A stretch of 64,000 nt of DNA from positions 18,637 through 82,636 of IMG/VR virus record IMGVR_UViG_3300046535_001697; one strand, given 5' to 3'. The notes beneath the pieces were generated by a model. The model was given only the letters and a program-made list of their open reading frames with translations, did not search any database and had not been told where the DNA came from. The stretch is from a virus. This document shows, piece after piece, positions 28,626 to 38,408 of this stretch (its first letter is position 1; each line of letters opens with the position of its first letter). Both the position numbers and the translations under genes were made by a program.

Positions 28626-29450
28626 ATGCTCCATGTCCCTCCGCCCCCTCCTGCCGCCTCGGTTGCGGATGCCCCGAAGTGGACGGACGTGATGTCCGCC
28701 TGGGGATCCCTGGGCGCGGTCGTGTTCGCCGTCGTCGCGATCGGCGCCACCCTGTGGCTGGCCGACCGGGACCGGAAACGGTCCGAGCAGCTGCGGCAGC
28801 AGGACCTGGCCGCGGCCGCCCAGGACCGGGCCGAGGCAGACGCCCGGCTGATCGCCGAACGGGCCGCAGCGGACCAGCGACTGCGGGACGAGCGAGCCGA
28901 CCGGGACCGCCGCCAGGCACGCGACTGGCAGGCCGCTGCTGCGGTCAGGCTCCTGGAGCGGATCGCCGGGATCCAGCCCCATCTCGTGCGGCTCACCAAC
29001 CACCAGACGTCCCCCGTGGCGCAGCCGGACCGGACCGAGGCGATTCGGCACTTGCGCGACGGCGCCATGTCCGATGCGCTCGCCCTCGGCGACGCCAACG
29101 GGACGCTCCTCTACCGGACGCTGGCCGGTCTGGTCGTCGGCGCGACCCCGGCCATGAACGAGCTCCAGCGGACCGGGAGCGATGGCGCGACGCTCGGTGC
29201 CTCGGCGGAGATGCTGGCTCTCAACGTGCGCCGCTACTCCCGGTACGTGCGTCTGTGGCTGCACCATCTGATCGAGCACGGCTCCATCCCGGACCACGCG
29301 GTCGGGCCGGCCCGTTCCCTTCATGCGCCGATCCTGACGGCGCTCACTGCCCAGGTCGCGTGGACGCCGATCGAGCATCCGGCCGGGTGGGACGAGGACA
29401 CCGACCTCGACCCGGACGATCCCCAGTCGAGGTTGTACCCGCGCAGGTAG
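28626..29450 (+). CDS. Membrane-anchored coiled-coil hypothetical protein
   Basis: 'WTDVMSAWGSLGAVVFAVVAI' TM segment followed by coiled coil; start uncertain. Confidence 0.6.
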   Translation: MLHVPPPPPAASVADAPKWTDVMSAWGSLGAVVFAVVAIGATLWLADRDRKRSEQLRQQDLAAAAQDRAEADARLIAERAAADQRLRDERADRDRRQARDWQAAAAVRLLERIAGIQPHLVRLTNHQTSPVAQPDRTEAIRHLRDGAMSDALALGDANGTLLYRTLAGLVVGATPAMNELQRTGSDGATLGASAEMLALNVRRYSRYVRLWLHHLIEHGSIPDHAVGPARSLHAPILTALTAQVAWTPIEHPAGWDEDTDLDPDDPQSRLYPRR

Positions 29451-29553
29451 CCGTGGTCGGGAAGCGAGCCGGCCGCCCTGTCACGCCCGCGCGCAATGAT
29501 GTGCACGGCGGTCTCCCCCTCGGCCGCCGTCCCCCAGCGATCCGGAGAACACC

Positions 29554-29889
29554 GTGGACCAGAACCAAGTCCTCAAGCACGTCGTCGCCATCCTCGCCGC
29601 CGGGGACGGGATGCGGACCTCGGACGACCCGCAGCTCGGCACCGAGTTCACCCAGCTCCTCGGCGAGGTCATGAACGACTCTCTCGGCAAGCTGGAGTTC
29701 GCCGAGGACGAGCCGCTGAGCGAAGTCCTGCCGGTGATCGGGCAGGCGTTCGCCGAGCCCCTGATGAAGCTGGTCGGCGGATTCATGGTCGCCTTCCTGC
29801 AGCTCGCCGAGGTCCACGACTCCGGGCAGACCCACCTGTCTTCGAAGGATGTCCTGCAGGACCTGGCGCTGCGCGTCGAACAGGGCTGA
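29554..29889 (+). CDS. Hypothetical helical protein
   Basis: 111 aa, GGAGA RBS. Confidence 0.65.
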   Translation: MDQNQVLKHVVAILAAGDGMRTSDDPQLGTEFTQLLGEVMNDSLGKLEFAEDEPLSEVLPVIGQAFAEPLMKLVGGFMVAFLQLAEVHDSGQTHLSSKDVLQDLALRVEQG

Positions 29890-29955
29890 CCACCGGCCGG
29901 CACATGCCGCGGCCCCCCTCCCCCGTTCGTCCGGGGGGGGGGCCGCTGTCGTTGT

Positions 29956-30444
29956 TCAAGCCCTGACGGTGGGCCACTCGTACTTCCCGGGGTACTGGAT
30001 GTCCCTGCCCCAGGTGTTGGCCGCGTCGGTGTCACCGATGAATGCGAAGCCTTCGCCGTCACCGATGCTGCAGTACTCGCTCATGGCCTGCTGCTGGTTT
30101 CCGCACCGGCACCAGCGGTCGCCGTCCCAGGCGTAGACGCCGCGGTCGGCACCGGCCCGAACGAATTCGGCAAGGGCTTTGGCCTCCTCGACGTCGCGCA
30201 CTCCAATGCAGGCGCTGGTGTGCCAGGCGTCGAGGGCCGGGCCGTCGGGGAAGACGTGGCCGTTGAGGGCGACGAGGAGCTGCCCGGGGGTGAAGGGCCA
30301 CGCGGGTTCTTCGTCGGCCGGGGTGTGGGTGCCGGTGATGACGAACCATCCGATGTCGCGCAGGCGCACGGGCTTGCAGTCGTTGAGGGCGTAGAGGACC
30401 TCGTCGGCGGTCGGCCCGGTGGGGATGGTGTAGCGGTCGGTCAT
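29956..30444 (-). CDS. Hypothetical protein
   Basis: MTDRYTIP...; GAGGA RBS. Confidence 0.55.
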   Translation of the reverse strand: MTDRYTIPTGPTADEVLYALNDCKPVRLRDIGWFVITGTHTPADEEPAWPFTPGQLLVALNGHVFPDGPALDAWHTSACIGVRDVEEAKALAEFVRAGADRGVYAWDGDRWCRCGNQQQAMSEYCSIGDGEGFAFIGDTDAANTWGRDIQYPGKYEWPTVRA

Positions 30445-30455
30445 GGCCGGGTTCC

Positions 30456-30965
30456 TCACGCGTCGGGCGCCCAGTCGGGCTGATAGTCGGGGTGCCCGCG
30501 GTACGGCAGGGCGAGCAGGCAGAGCAGCATCAGGTCGGCCCCGTTGCCCGGGTCGCCTCCCACTCCCCACTCGCTGTCGATCTGCGCCTCCATGCTGGTG
30601 ACCTCGGGGACGATCTCGTTGATGACGCGCCGCTTGGCGGCGACCTCGGCCAGGGTCCGCGCCGGGTCCTGGCGGGCGATGTGCCGGTGCTGGCCGACCG
30701 TCAGCTTGCCGCTGGCGGAGTAGAGCGCGACGTCGTTGGGGATCGGGCTGGCGTCGTCCCAGCGGCCGTCGGTGGTGGCCTTGGCGCCCAGGGCCGCGCT
30801 CTCGTCCATGGACAGCATGTCGAGGAGGAACGCGCGGATGTCGGTCGTGCGGAGCCCACAGGGGCCGTGGAGGTAGCGGGGCTCCGGGTCGTACGGCCCG
30901 GTGTAGTTCTCACGGACCGGGCATTCGGCGGCGTCGTGGTAGCCGGGGATGCGCTGCTCGGTCAT
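30456..30965 (-). CDS. DUF6221-like actinophage protein
   Basis: 'HIARQDPARTLAEVAAKRR...LALPYRGHPDYQPDW'. Confidence 0.75.
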   Translation of the reverse strand: MTEQRIPGYHDAAECPVRENYTGPYDPEPRYLHGPCGLRTTDIRAFLLDMLSMDESAALGAKATTDGRWDDASPIPNDVALYSASGKLTVGQHRHIARQDPARTLAEVAAKRRVINEIVPEVTSMEAQIDSEWGVGGDPGNGADLMLLCLLALPYRGHPDYQPDWAPDA

Positions 30966-30969
30966 GTGC

Positions 30970-31359
30970 TCAGCCTTCCGCTTCGGGTGCCGGGGCGAAG
31001 ACGGCGAGGGCAGCGGTGGCGAACTGGTAGGGCTCGCCGACGAGGTGCCAGTGGTCGCGGGCCACTGCGAGGATCTTCTCGGCGTCCTCGGCGGAGACGC
31101 CGCGCCACCGCGCCTCGTCGACGTAGCGGTCGTGCCGCTGCCGAGCCTCTCGGGCGCGGGCCTCCTGCTCGTCCCGCACGCGGGAGATGAGGACCCCGTA
31201 TGCTGCCGCGACCGCAGGGGCAACGCCGCCATTTCCGAACTCGCAGTGGACGTCGTGGCAGGCGTGATCGTCCGAAGCGGGGGCGTAGATCAGGGGTGTG
31301 CCGTGCGTCGGGCAGACGCAGTGGGTGCCGCACTGGTGCTGGTGGGCCATGCGGTTCAT
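30970..31359 (-). CDS. Hypothetical Cys/His-rich protein
   Basis: 129 aa, GAGAGGA RBS. Confidence 0.55.
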   Translation of the reverse strand: MNRMAHQHQCGTHCVCPTHGTPLIYAPASDDHACHDVHCEFGNGGVAPAVAAAYGVLISRVRDEQEARAREARQRHDRYVDEARWRGVSAEDAEKILAVARDHWHLVGEPYQFATAALAVFAPAPEAEG

Positions 31360-31404
31360 CCTCTCGCAGGGGGCCCGCCCCGGACACCTGCCGGGGCGGG
31401 CGGG

Positions 31405-31742
31405 TCAGCGGTCGAGCAGGGACGCCTTCACGGCCATGGACAGGGCGGTCCCGCGTCGGTCGTCCTCGGCGATGAGCCGGCTGGCCTGGGTCTGGGTGAT
31501 GTGGAGGGCGCGGGCTGCGCGGGCTGCTCCGCCGTGCTCGGTGCCGACGAGGTCGCGGACGAGGTTGGCGTCGGCGCGCTGGAGGAGCTGGTCCTGGCGG
31601 GCGATCAGGGCGCGGCGGCGCTTGATGGTGGCCCGGGCGGCGGCGGGGTCGGCGGGCAGCGCCAGGCGCAGGATCTCGGTGTACTCGTCGAGGGCGTCTC
31701 GGGCATGCCGTCGTCGTCGAGGGCGATCTGCCTGATGCGCAT
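31405..31742 (-). pseudogene. Out-of-frame fusion of a gene start and an HTH-bearing gene remnant
   Basis: ATG with AAGGAG RBS reads MRIRQIALDDDGMPE and then loses frame; the other frame reads ...GGAARAARALHITQTQASRLIAE...* with no start. Confidence 0.55.
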
Positions 31743-31778
31743 AGCGGTTCTCCTTCGGGTCTTGGCGGTTTCGTGAGG

Positions 31779-32546
31779 CTACTCGGCGGCTACGACGGGG
31801 ATTCCGTACTCGCCCTTGGCGCCGCGCACGGCCTTGCCGTCCTTGACGAGCTGGGTGCAGACGTTAGCGACGGTGCTATAGGAGACGCTGGCCAACTCGG
31901 CAAGCTGGTCGACGTGCAGGTAGGCGACCCTGCCGGTTCCGGGATCGCAACACGCCCCAAGTGCCAGGAGGATCTTCTCGGCGGCCGTGGGTGCCTTCTC
32001 CCTGGCCGGCGCCTTCTGGGTGGGAACCCAGCCGTGGAAGGCTTCCTTCACAGTCAGCGACGGCTTGCTGAGGGCGCATCTCTCGATGAACCGCGTGATG
32101 CGCGGAGTGAGCTCGAACCACTCGGTGTTGTGCACCCTCTCTCTGGCAAACCGGCGGTGCAGTGCCTGTTCGAGCGCGGCACCGCCGCGCAGGAGGAGCA
32201 GCACATCCCGCTCCCGCAGAGCGAGGGTGCCGACCCTGCCTTTGAGGTTGGTGGTGTAGCCGATTTTGATTCGGCTGCCGTTGGTGAGGAAGTACACGGC
32301 GCTGGGATGTGACCCCAGGAGGGCGCCTTGGATGTCGAGGGCCTTCGCCCTTTCGATGATGCCCCTGTCCGAAGCCTGCTCGACAGTGTCGGAGGCCTCA
32401 ACGCGGATGAAGGCTTCGGTCGCCAGGTGGACGACGGTTGCGAGGTGTTTGCGGCAAAGGGGTACCGGGCGGCTGATGAGCGGCGCTTCCCAGCAGGGGC
32501 CGTCGTTCTCGATGACGGCGCAGTCGTCGATGGGCGGGGTAGTCAC
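31779..32546 (-). CDS. GIY-YIG (T5orf172-like) domain protein with C-terminal HTH
   Basis: 'VYFL...IKIGYTTNL...LEQALHRRF...EWF'; lower GC than neighbours. Confidence 0.8.
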   Translation of the reverse strand: MTTPPIDDCAVIENDGPCWEAPLISRPVPLCRKHLATVVHLATEAFIRVEASDTVEQASDRGIIERAKALDIQGALLGSHPSAVYFLTNGSRIKIGYTTNLKGRVGTLALRERDVLLLLRGGAALEQALHRRFARERVHNTEWFELTPRITRFIERCALSKPSLTVKEAFHGWVPTQKAPAREKAPTAAEKILLALGACCDPGTGRVAYLHVDQLAELASVSYSTVANVCTQLVKDGKAVRGAKGEYGIPVVAAE

Positions 32547-32568
32547 GGACGGTGCTCCTCTGTGCTGG

Positions 32569-33057
32569 TCAGTTGGCGCGGTTCTTCCAGCCGGATGCGG
32601 CGCTGGCGTGGCTGGTCGCGGTGGAGTGGGAGGTGGAGCCGGTGTTGCTGTTGTTGATGTTGACGGTGACTTTGGCGGAGGAGCCCTTGAGGAGGCTGAC
32701 GGCCGCGGCGGCGACGCCGACGGCCAGGCCGGCGCCCTCGGCGGCGTGGGCGAACTCGGCGAGGCCGTGGGCGTAGTGGCCAACCGCAACAGCGACACCG
32801 GCGATGGTGCCGCCGGAGGCAACGATGCGGGCGGGCCACGGGTCACGGGGTGCCTGCTGGACGATGACCGGCGCCGGGGCCGGCTGGGGCTGGGGGGCGG
32901 CACGGGGCTCGGGCGCCGGGGTGTCGTTCATGTAGACGGCGACGGGCTTGTGGTCCTCGACACCGATGGCGATGCCGATGCCGGTGAACTGCCCGGCAGC
33001 GAGGTCGGCCTGGGTTGCGTAGGCGGTGCGGTCGGCGGACTGCTGGGTGGTGGTCAC
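32569..33057 (-). CDS. Two-TM Spd-like membrane protein
   Basis: Pro-rich linker, 'RDPWPARIV', two hydrophobic helices; coupled to traB. Confidence 0.55.
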   Translation of the reverse strand: MTTTQQSADRTAYATQADLAAGQFTGIGIAIGVEDHKPVAVYMNDTPAPEPRAAPQPQPAPAPVIVQQAPRDPWPARIVASGGTIAGVAVAVGHYAHGLAEFAHAAEGAGLAVGVAAAAVSLLKGSSAKVTVNINNSNTGSTSHSTATSHASAASGWKNRAN

Positions 33058-35237
33058 TGCTGCTCCTCGGGGGCGTCGGTGCGGTGCTTGACGTGGGCGT
33101 AGGCGCCGCGCATGGGCTTGTAGAACTGGGGCTCGGCCTTCAGCCAGTCCGTGATGGCGGACCGGGACGGTGCCGGGGCAACCGGGAAGATCACGGCGAA
33201 GAGTTCACGGATGGCGTCGGGGCCGATACCGGACGGGCCGGCCTTGACGACGATGCTGAAGACGGTGGGCCAGCGGGCGTCGTCGCTGACGCCGGGGGTG
33301 GGCGTGGGGCCAGTTGCCTGCTTCGGCGCCGGGGCGGACTCGGGGGTGAGGTGCGCGGGGGGCTTCCACAGGGCGCCGCCCTCGCCGAGGATCTCCCGGA
33401 ACTGCCGGTCGAGGTCGGCGTCGTGGCTGGTGGTCTCGTTCATGGCGCCGCGTACGCGGTTGCGGGTCTCCTCGGCGGCGGCGATGGCGTCAGCGGCGCT
33501 TCCGGCGGGCGGTGTGCTGTCCCAGTCGGCGGTGACGCTGCGCCTCGGCGTGCTGTTCCCGTCCGTGGTCGGGCCGGCCTGCGGGGGGACGGCGTCCATG
33601 ATTCCGGCGAGGATGCTGTCGGGGTCCTGGACGTCGATGAGGAACAGGTGGTCGGTGTTGTCCCAGCGCCGCTCGTACGCTTCACCGGCGACCTTGCGGG
33701 ATGCGGCGTCGAGTTCGGGGCGGCGGGTGCTGACCTCCTGGATGAGGGCCATCATGATGTCGGGCTTCATGAGGTAGGTCTTGAACGGGCGGGCGTGCTT
33801 GCGGCCGAACTTGAGGAAGCCGCAGCCCTCGTAGGGGGCGTCTTCGGGCTTGAGGCGCTCATTCCAGCCGAACAGGTAGTTCAGCTCGGCTTCGGTGTCG
33901 ACGCCGAGGCCGATCTTCATGATGGACTGCTTGAGGACCTGCGGTTCGGCGATGACGTCCTGGGTGGCGCGCAGGGCAGCGTTCTCGACGTTGCAGGCGG
34001 TGGCCCGGCCGATCTCGATGATCTCGACGATGTTGTCGCCGACCTTGCGGAGGATCTCGTCGCGGCGGGCGCGCTGCGAGAAGAGCATGGCGATCTCGTC
34101 GTTGTTGAGGGTCAGGGCGGGGATGCGCGGGGTGACGGGCAGCTTGTCGTCGTTGGCCTGGAGCTCGAGGGCCTTGTAGGCGGTCTTGCGGATCTTGGCG
34201 ATGCGCTTCATGGCCTCGGTCATGGCGAGGGCCTTTTCGGGGGTGTCGGCGACCCAGTCGACGGGGGGCTTGCCGGGCTTGCCGAGCTGCGTCCACAGAT
34301 GGAGCCAGGGCAGGGCGAGGTTGCCGCCGTTGAGGTCGATGACCCAGACGAGGTTGTCGACCATGCGGAGCTGGTTGGCGATCTTGACGTTCATCAAGTT
34401 GGACTTGCCGGAGCCGCGCTGGCCGACGGTGACGCTGGAGGCCTGGCGCATGACGGCGCCGGCCTTCTCGCCGTCCTGGTAGACGCCGATCGCGGTGAAG
34501 TCATTGATCGACAGGGGGGAGAAGTCCATGGGGTAGGGGACGTCGTCGAGGAGGTGGTTGACGGTGGCGACGTTGACGAGTGCGGTGCCTCGGTCGGCGC
34601 CGGCTGTGACCTCGACGCCGCAGCCCTCGGGGAGGCGGGCGTCGCCGGCGAGCCGGTCCTCGAACGGCTTGAGTTGGCGCCAGGTGGTGCCGCCCGGGGG
34701 GACGATCTCCAGGGTGTAGCCGCCGCCGCTGTCCCACTGCTCGATGGCGAGGACGGTGGTGTTGTGGACGGCGCAGACGCGGCCGATGCGGGCGGTCCAT
34801 TCGGCGGCGAGTTCGGTGCGCAGGGCCTGGGCGGCGTTGGCGATGTCGGTGGCCTGCTGGTCGGCGGCGGCCTGGGCGGTGGCGCGCCCGGTGCGGGCTT
34901 CGCCGGTCCAGGCCATGCCGAGGCCGATGGTTCCGGCGGCGAGGGTGCCGAGGCTGGTGGTGGTCCAGGGGCTGGTGGCCATGGCCCAGGAGCACCAGGT
35001 GCCGGCGCCGGCCCAGGTGGCGGCTCGGACGGCGAGGCTGGTGCCGGTGATGTGGTGGGTGCCGCGCTGGCGGACGCCGGCGAGGTGGTGGCCGAGGAGG
35101 CCGGCGCCGGCGGTGGCGGCGGCCCACATGGGGGGCATGTGGGCGACGTGGCCGGCCCAGGCGGCGGCGAGGGTGGCGCCGGCGATGTTGAGGGGGCCGG
35201 TGACGGGGCCGTGGCCGGCTTCCCAGTCGACGTTCAC
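33054..35237 (-). CDS. traB: TraB-like FtsK/SpoIIIE conjugative DNA translocase
   Basis: N-terminal TM helices, Walker A 'GQRGSGKS', 'WVIDLNGG', Walker B 'LNNDE', C-terminal wHTH-like segment. Confidence 0.85.
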   Translation of the reverse strand: MNVDWEAGHGPVTGPLNIAGATLAAAWAGHVAHMPPMWAAATAGAGLLGHHLAGVRQRGTHHITGTSLAVRAATWAGAGTWCSWAMATSPWTTTSLGTLAAGTIGLGMAWTGEARTGRATAQAAADQQATDIANAAQALRTELAAEWTARIGRVCAVHNTTVLAIEQWDSGGGYTLEIVPPGGTTWRQLKPFEDRLAGDARLPEGCGVEVTAGADRGTALVNVATVNHLLDDVPYPMDFSPLSINDFTAIGVYQDGEKAGAVMRQASSVTVGQRGSGKSNLMNVKIANQLRMVDNLVWVIDLNGGNLALPWLHLWTQLGKPGKPPVDWVADTPEKALAMTEAMKRIAKIRKTAYKALELQANDDKLPVTPRIPALTLNNDEIAMLFSQRARRDEILRKVGDNIVEIIEIGRATACNVENAALRATQDVIAEPQVLKQSIMKIGLGVDTEAELNYLFGWNERLKPEDAPYEGCGFLKFGRKHARPFKTYLMKPDIMMALIQEVSTRRPELDAASRKVAGEAYERRWDNTDHLFLIDVQDPDSILAGIMDAVPPQAGPTTDGNSTPRRSVTADWDSTPPAGSAADAIAAAEETRNRVRGAMNETTSHDADLDRQFREILGEGGALWKPPAHLTPESAPAPKQATGPTPTPGVSDDARWPTVFSIVVKAGPSGIGPDAIRELFAVIFPVAPAPSRSAITDWLKAEPQFYKPMRGAYAHVKHRTDAPEEQQ

Positions 35238-35335
35238 GGTGGCGGGTTCTCCTGTCGGTGGCGGTCGGTGGCCGCGGGTCGGTGAGGGTGGCGGGAGGGC
35301 GGCCGCCCGGGCGAGGGCCCGGGCGGCCGGGCTGG

Positions 35336-36880
35336 TCAGTGGAAGTCGACGTTCGCGGCGATGTCCCACATCTCCTCGCCGGGGCGCGGGTTGCGGTGAC
35401 GCTCGAGGTCGACGTGGTGGAGGTTCTCGAACGCGGGGGCGAGCTCTCCGGCCATCTCGGCGGCCTTCTGGGTGAGCTGGTAGATGCCGCGCATCAGCTC
35501 GATGATCTGCGGGTCCAAGGGGTAGGGGCCGTCGGCCTTCTCGGTGGTGATCTTCATGGCCTCGGCGACAAGCTGCAGTGCATCCGGGAGGCTGGCGAAG
35601 TCCTGGCCGACCTGGAGCATGGCGGTCGGCTCGTAGGCGGAGGCGGCACGGGCCATCTCCACGGCGGCGGCGGTGAAGTGGTGACCGGACATGTCGGTGG
35701 CTCCCTGGGTCGTGGTGGACGGGCTGAAGGTGGTGGCGCCGGCGGGGCGGCGGATGGTGCCGCCGATCTCCGGCTCCGTGGTGTCGATGGCGGGCTGCGC
35801 GGAGGCGGCCTTGGCGGCTGCGCGTTCCGCCCGTGCTGCGCGGCGGCGGGCCCAGGTGGCGCGCATCCGGGCCCAGCCGGTCTTGCCCGACCAGTTCCAG
35901 ATGCCGTGCCACAGGCCGGCACCGACGGACAGGAAGCCGTCCCATCCGACCGCGGCGGTCTTGCGGGTGCCTCGGCCGAGGGCGGCGAGCACCCGGGCCC
36001 GGTGCGGCTTCGTCTTCACGATGGCGGTGCGGGTGCCGGCGGCGGCGAGGGTGGCGCCGCGCTTCCCGGCCCGGCCGGCCGTGGCGGTCAGGCGGCGCCG
36101 GGCAGCGGCCCGGCTGTTCTTCCTGTCCGCGGTGAGGGCAGCGGCGGCCTTCTCCTCCTTCGAGAGCTGCCCCGCCTTCCCGGCGCCGGTCCGCTCGGCA
36201 GAGCGGTCGGCACGGCCGGTGCCGCCGGACAGCCGGTCGGCGATCCGGCCCAGACGCCCCGCCTTCCCTCCGCCGTCGACCCGCCCCGAGTTGGCGCCAA
36301 CACCCGACGCTGCGCCGGTCCCGTTCTGGCGGCCGAGGGACCAGCTGGTCGACGACGGACGTTGTCCTGTCCCGCCACTCCTGGCGCCGGCACCGCCGCC
36401 GACACCGCCCCGGCTGCCGCCGCCGGAGAGCAGACCGCCGCGGGCGCTGTTGGCGCCAGAACGGGTACCGCCAGGAGCGAGCAACCCGGCCTTCGCCGTC
36501 TTGTTGGCGGTCTGCTTCTTGACGGTGGCGCGGCGCTTCAGGACCGCCGCCGTGGTGCCGCCAAGCGCGAGGCCGGCCGCGCCGCCGATGCCGGGGAGGC
36601 CGGCGATCTGGTAGGCGGCGGTCAGGGCGGTGGCGGTGCCGTTGGCGGCGGCCACGAGGGCGGGCGCGGCGGGGATGCCCTTGCGGCGGGCGGTCTTCTT
36701 GTCGGCCTTCTGGTCGCGGGCAAGTTCGGTGAGGGCGGCCTGGGCGGCCGGGGACTGGGTCTTCCAGTCGATGGCGGGTGCGGGGGCGCCGGGGGTGACG
36801 TACACGGAGTCGTGGTCGGGCTGGGGGGTGGTTGTTGCCGGTGCGCGGGTCGGCGCGGGCGGCGCTTGGGTCTGGGACAC
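35336..36880 (-). CDS. TraA-like plasmid transfer protein
   Basis: TM pair, Gly-rich linker, helical C-terminal 'YEP..MLQV...HHVDLERHRNPRPGEEMWD'; upstream of traB. Confidence 0.6.
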   Translation of the reverse strand: MSQTQAPPAPTRAPATTTPQPDHDSVYVTPGAPAPAIDWKTQSPAAQAALTELARDQKADKKTARRKGIPAAPALVAAANGTATALTAAYQIAGLPGIGGAAGLALGGTTAAVLKRRATVKKQTANKTAKAGLLAPGGTRSGANSARGGLLSGGGSRGGVGGGAGARSGGTGQRPSSTSWSLGRQNGTGAASGVGANSGRVDGGGKAGRLGRIADRLSGGTGRADRSAERTGAGKAGQLSKEEKAAAALTADRKNSRAAARRRLTATAGRAGKRGATLAAAGTRTAIVKTKPHRARVLAALGRGTRKTAAVGWDGFLSVGAGLWHGIWNWSGKTGWARMRATWARRRAARAERAAAKAASAQPAIDTTEPEIGGTIRRPAGATTFSPSTTTQGATDMSGHHFTAAAVEMARAASAYEPTAMLQVGQDFASLPDALQLVAEAMKITTEKADGPYPLDPQIIELMRGIYQLTQKAAEMAGELAPAFENLHHVDLERHRNPRPGEEMWDIAANVDFH

Positions 36881-36895
36881 CGGGCTCTCCTTCAA

Positions 36896-37004
36896 TGTCG
36901 TCGTCGTAGTCGTCGGGTCCGAGGGATGGGGGTGGTGCGGGGTTTTTGCTGTTCAGGGGGGTGCTGGGGGGTCGGCTACGACGACGACTACGACGTCGAC
37001 GACA
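36896..37004. repeat. Inverted GTC/GAC-rich repeat pair in intergenic gap
   Basis: GTCGTAGTCGTCG near 36903 and its reverse complement CGACGACTACGAC near 36982. Confidence 0.6.
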
Positions 37005-37026
37005 TCAGGGCCGGCCGGTGGGCGGG

Positions 37027-38325
37027 TCAGTCCATGGCGGGCATCGGGGTCTTGTCGAGGATCGCGGTGCGGATGTTCTTCGCCGTGGACGCGGACACGC
37101 TGCCCAGCCCGGCGGTCTCGATGGCCTTGGCGAACTCCTCGCCGGTGGGCTGCCTGCGCAGGCGCTGGAACTCGTCGTGGAAGACGGGCCCGGCGAGGTC
37201 GACCCATTCGTCCATGGGGCGGCGGGTGTTCTTCTGGGTGGTGGTCTCGGCGCGGACGGTGCGGCGGCGGGTGGCGGCGGGGCGGGGCTTCTTGGCGCCG
37301 GTCGTGCTGCTGTCGCTGGCGCCAGGTGCGTCCTGCTGGTGGCGCCAGGTGGCGCCGTTGCTGGCGGCAGGAGCGGCGCTGTCCTGTCGCCAGTTGGCGG
37401 TGCTGTTGTCGCCAGAAGCGGTGTCCGTACTGTCGCCAGCTGTCGCCAGTTCGGGGGTGTCGCTGTCGCTAGTTGTCGTCTCGTTCTGTCGCCAGTTGGC
37501 GGTGCTGTTGGCGCTGTCGCTGGCGGTGCTGTTGGCGGCAGGAGCGGTCGTGCTGGCGCCAGGAGCGACCGGGTTGCTGTCGCCATCTGCCGCCAGTTCG
37601 GCCGGGTGGTCCGCCAGCGTCTGGCGGATCGGGGCGCCGAGCCGGGCGAGCCTGATCGCCATCACCTCGTGTGCGGGGGCGGTCCGGCGCCAGCTGCGGC
37701 CGTAGCGGCGGCGGAGCTTCTCGCGGAAGATCCGGGCCTCCCACTCGATCGCGACGACGTCCGTGTACGAGGTGAGGTGCCACAGGTGCTGGCGGCGCCA
37801 GATGCGGTAGGTGGAGATCGGGCTGAGGATCCACCGCTTGATGGGCGGGGTCTCGATGTGCCGGTCGGCGGTGATGTCGGCGATGCGGCCGACGGCGTGC
37901 CGGGCTGCCTCCATGACGACGATGAAGAGCGTGGGGATGGTGGCGTGCATGCCGACGGCCAGCCAGTCGCCCCAGGCCGAGGAGGCGTTGAAGGCGACGG
38001 TGGCGGCGGTGAGGAACCAGGCTGTCTGGCGGAGCAGGGGGAACGGCATGCGGAGGCCGGTGAGGACCAGGTCGAGGGCGAGGAGGACGCCGATGCCGGC
38101 GTCGATGCCGATGGGGAAGGCGTACGCGAAAGAGCCGAAGTCCTTGTCGATGGCGAGCTTGGTGACGGCGCGGTAGGAGCCAGCGAAGCCGATGCCTGCG
38201 ATGGCGGCAGAGCCTCCGGCGACGGCACCGATGAGGCCTTTCTGGGTCTTGGTCAGCTGAGTGGGGACGGCCGGCTCGGGCTGTGTGCTGGTCGGCTGGC
38301 CGGCGGACAGGTCGGGCGCGGTCAC
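37027..38325 (-). CDS. DUF2637 (Spd-like) membrane protein
   Basis: 'IGFAGSY..V...FPIGIDAGI...LRQTAW.LT..TVAFN...MHA.IP'. Confidence 0.85.
   Translation of the reverse strand: MTAPDLSAGQPTSTQPEPAVPTQLTKTQKGLIGAVAGGSAAIAGIGFAGSYRAVTKLAIDKDFGSFAYAFPIGIDAGIGVLLALDLVLTGLRMPFPLLRQTAWFLTAATVAFNASSAWGDWLAVGMHATIPTLFIVVMEAARHAVGRIADITADRHIETPPIKRWILSPISTYRIWRRQHLWHLTSYTDVVAIEWEARIFREKLRRRYGRSWRRTAPAHEVMAIRLARLGAPIRQTLADHPAELAADGDSNPVAPGASTTAPAANSTASDSANSTANWRQNETTTSDSDTPELATAGDSTDTASGDNSTANWRQDSAAPAASNGATWRHQQDAPGASDSSTTGAKKPRPAATRRRTVRAETTTQKNTRRPMDEWVDLAGPVFHDEFQRLRRQPTGEEFAKAIETAGLGSVSASTAKNIRTAILDKTPMPAMD
37316..37596. repeat. TGTCGCCAG repeat cluster inside DUF2637 gene
   Basis: Copies at 37385, 37407, 37431, 37441, 37487, near-copies at 37578 and 37588, plus CTGGCGCCAG palindromes. 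Confidence 0.7.
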
Positions 38326-38408
38326 GGGGGTCTCCAGAGGATGGCTGGTGGCATATGCATGACATGGGCTGGGTGGTGCGGGTTGCCGGTGGCCCCGGCC
38401 GGGGCGGG

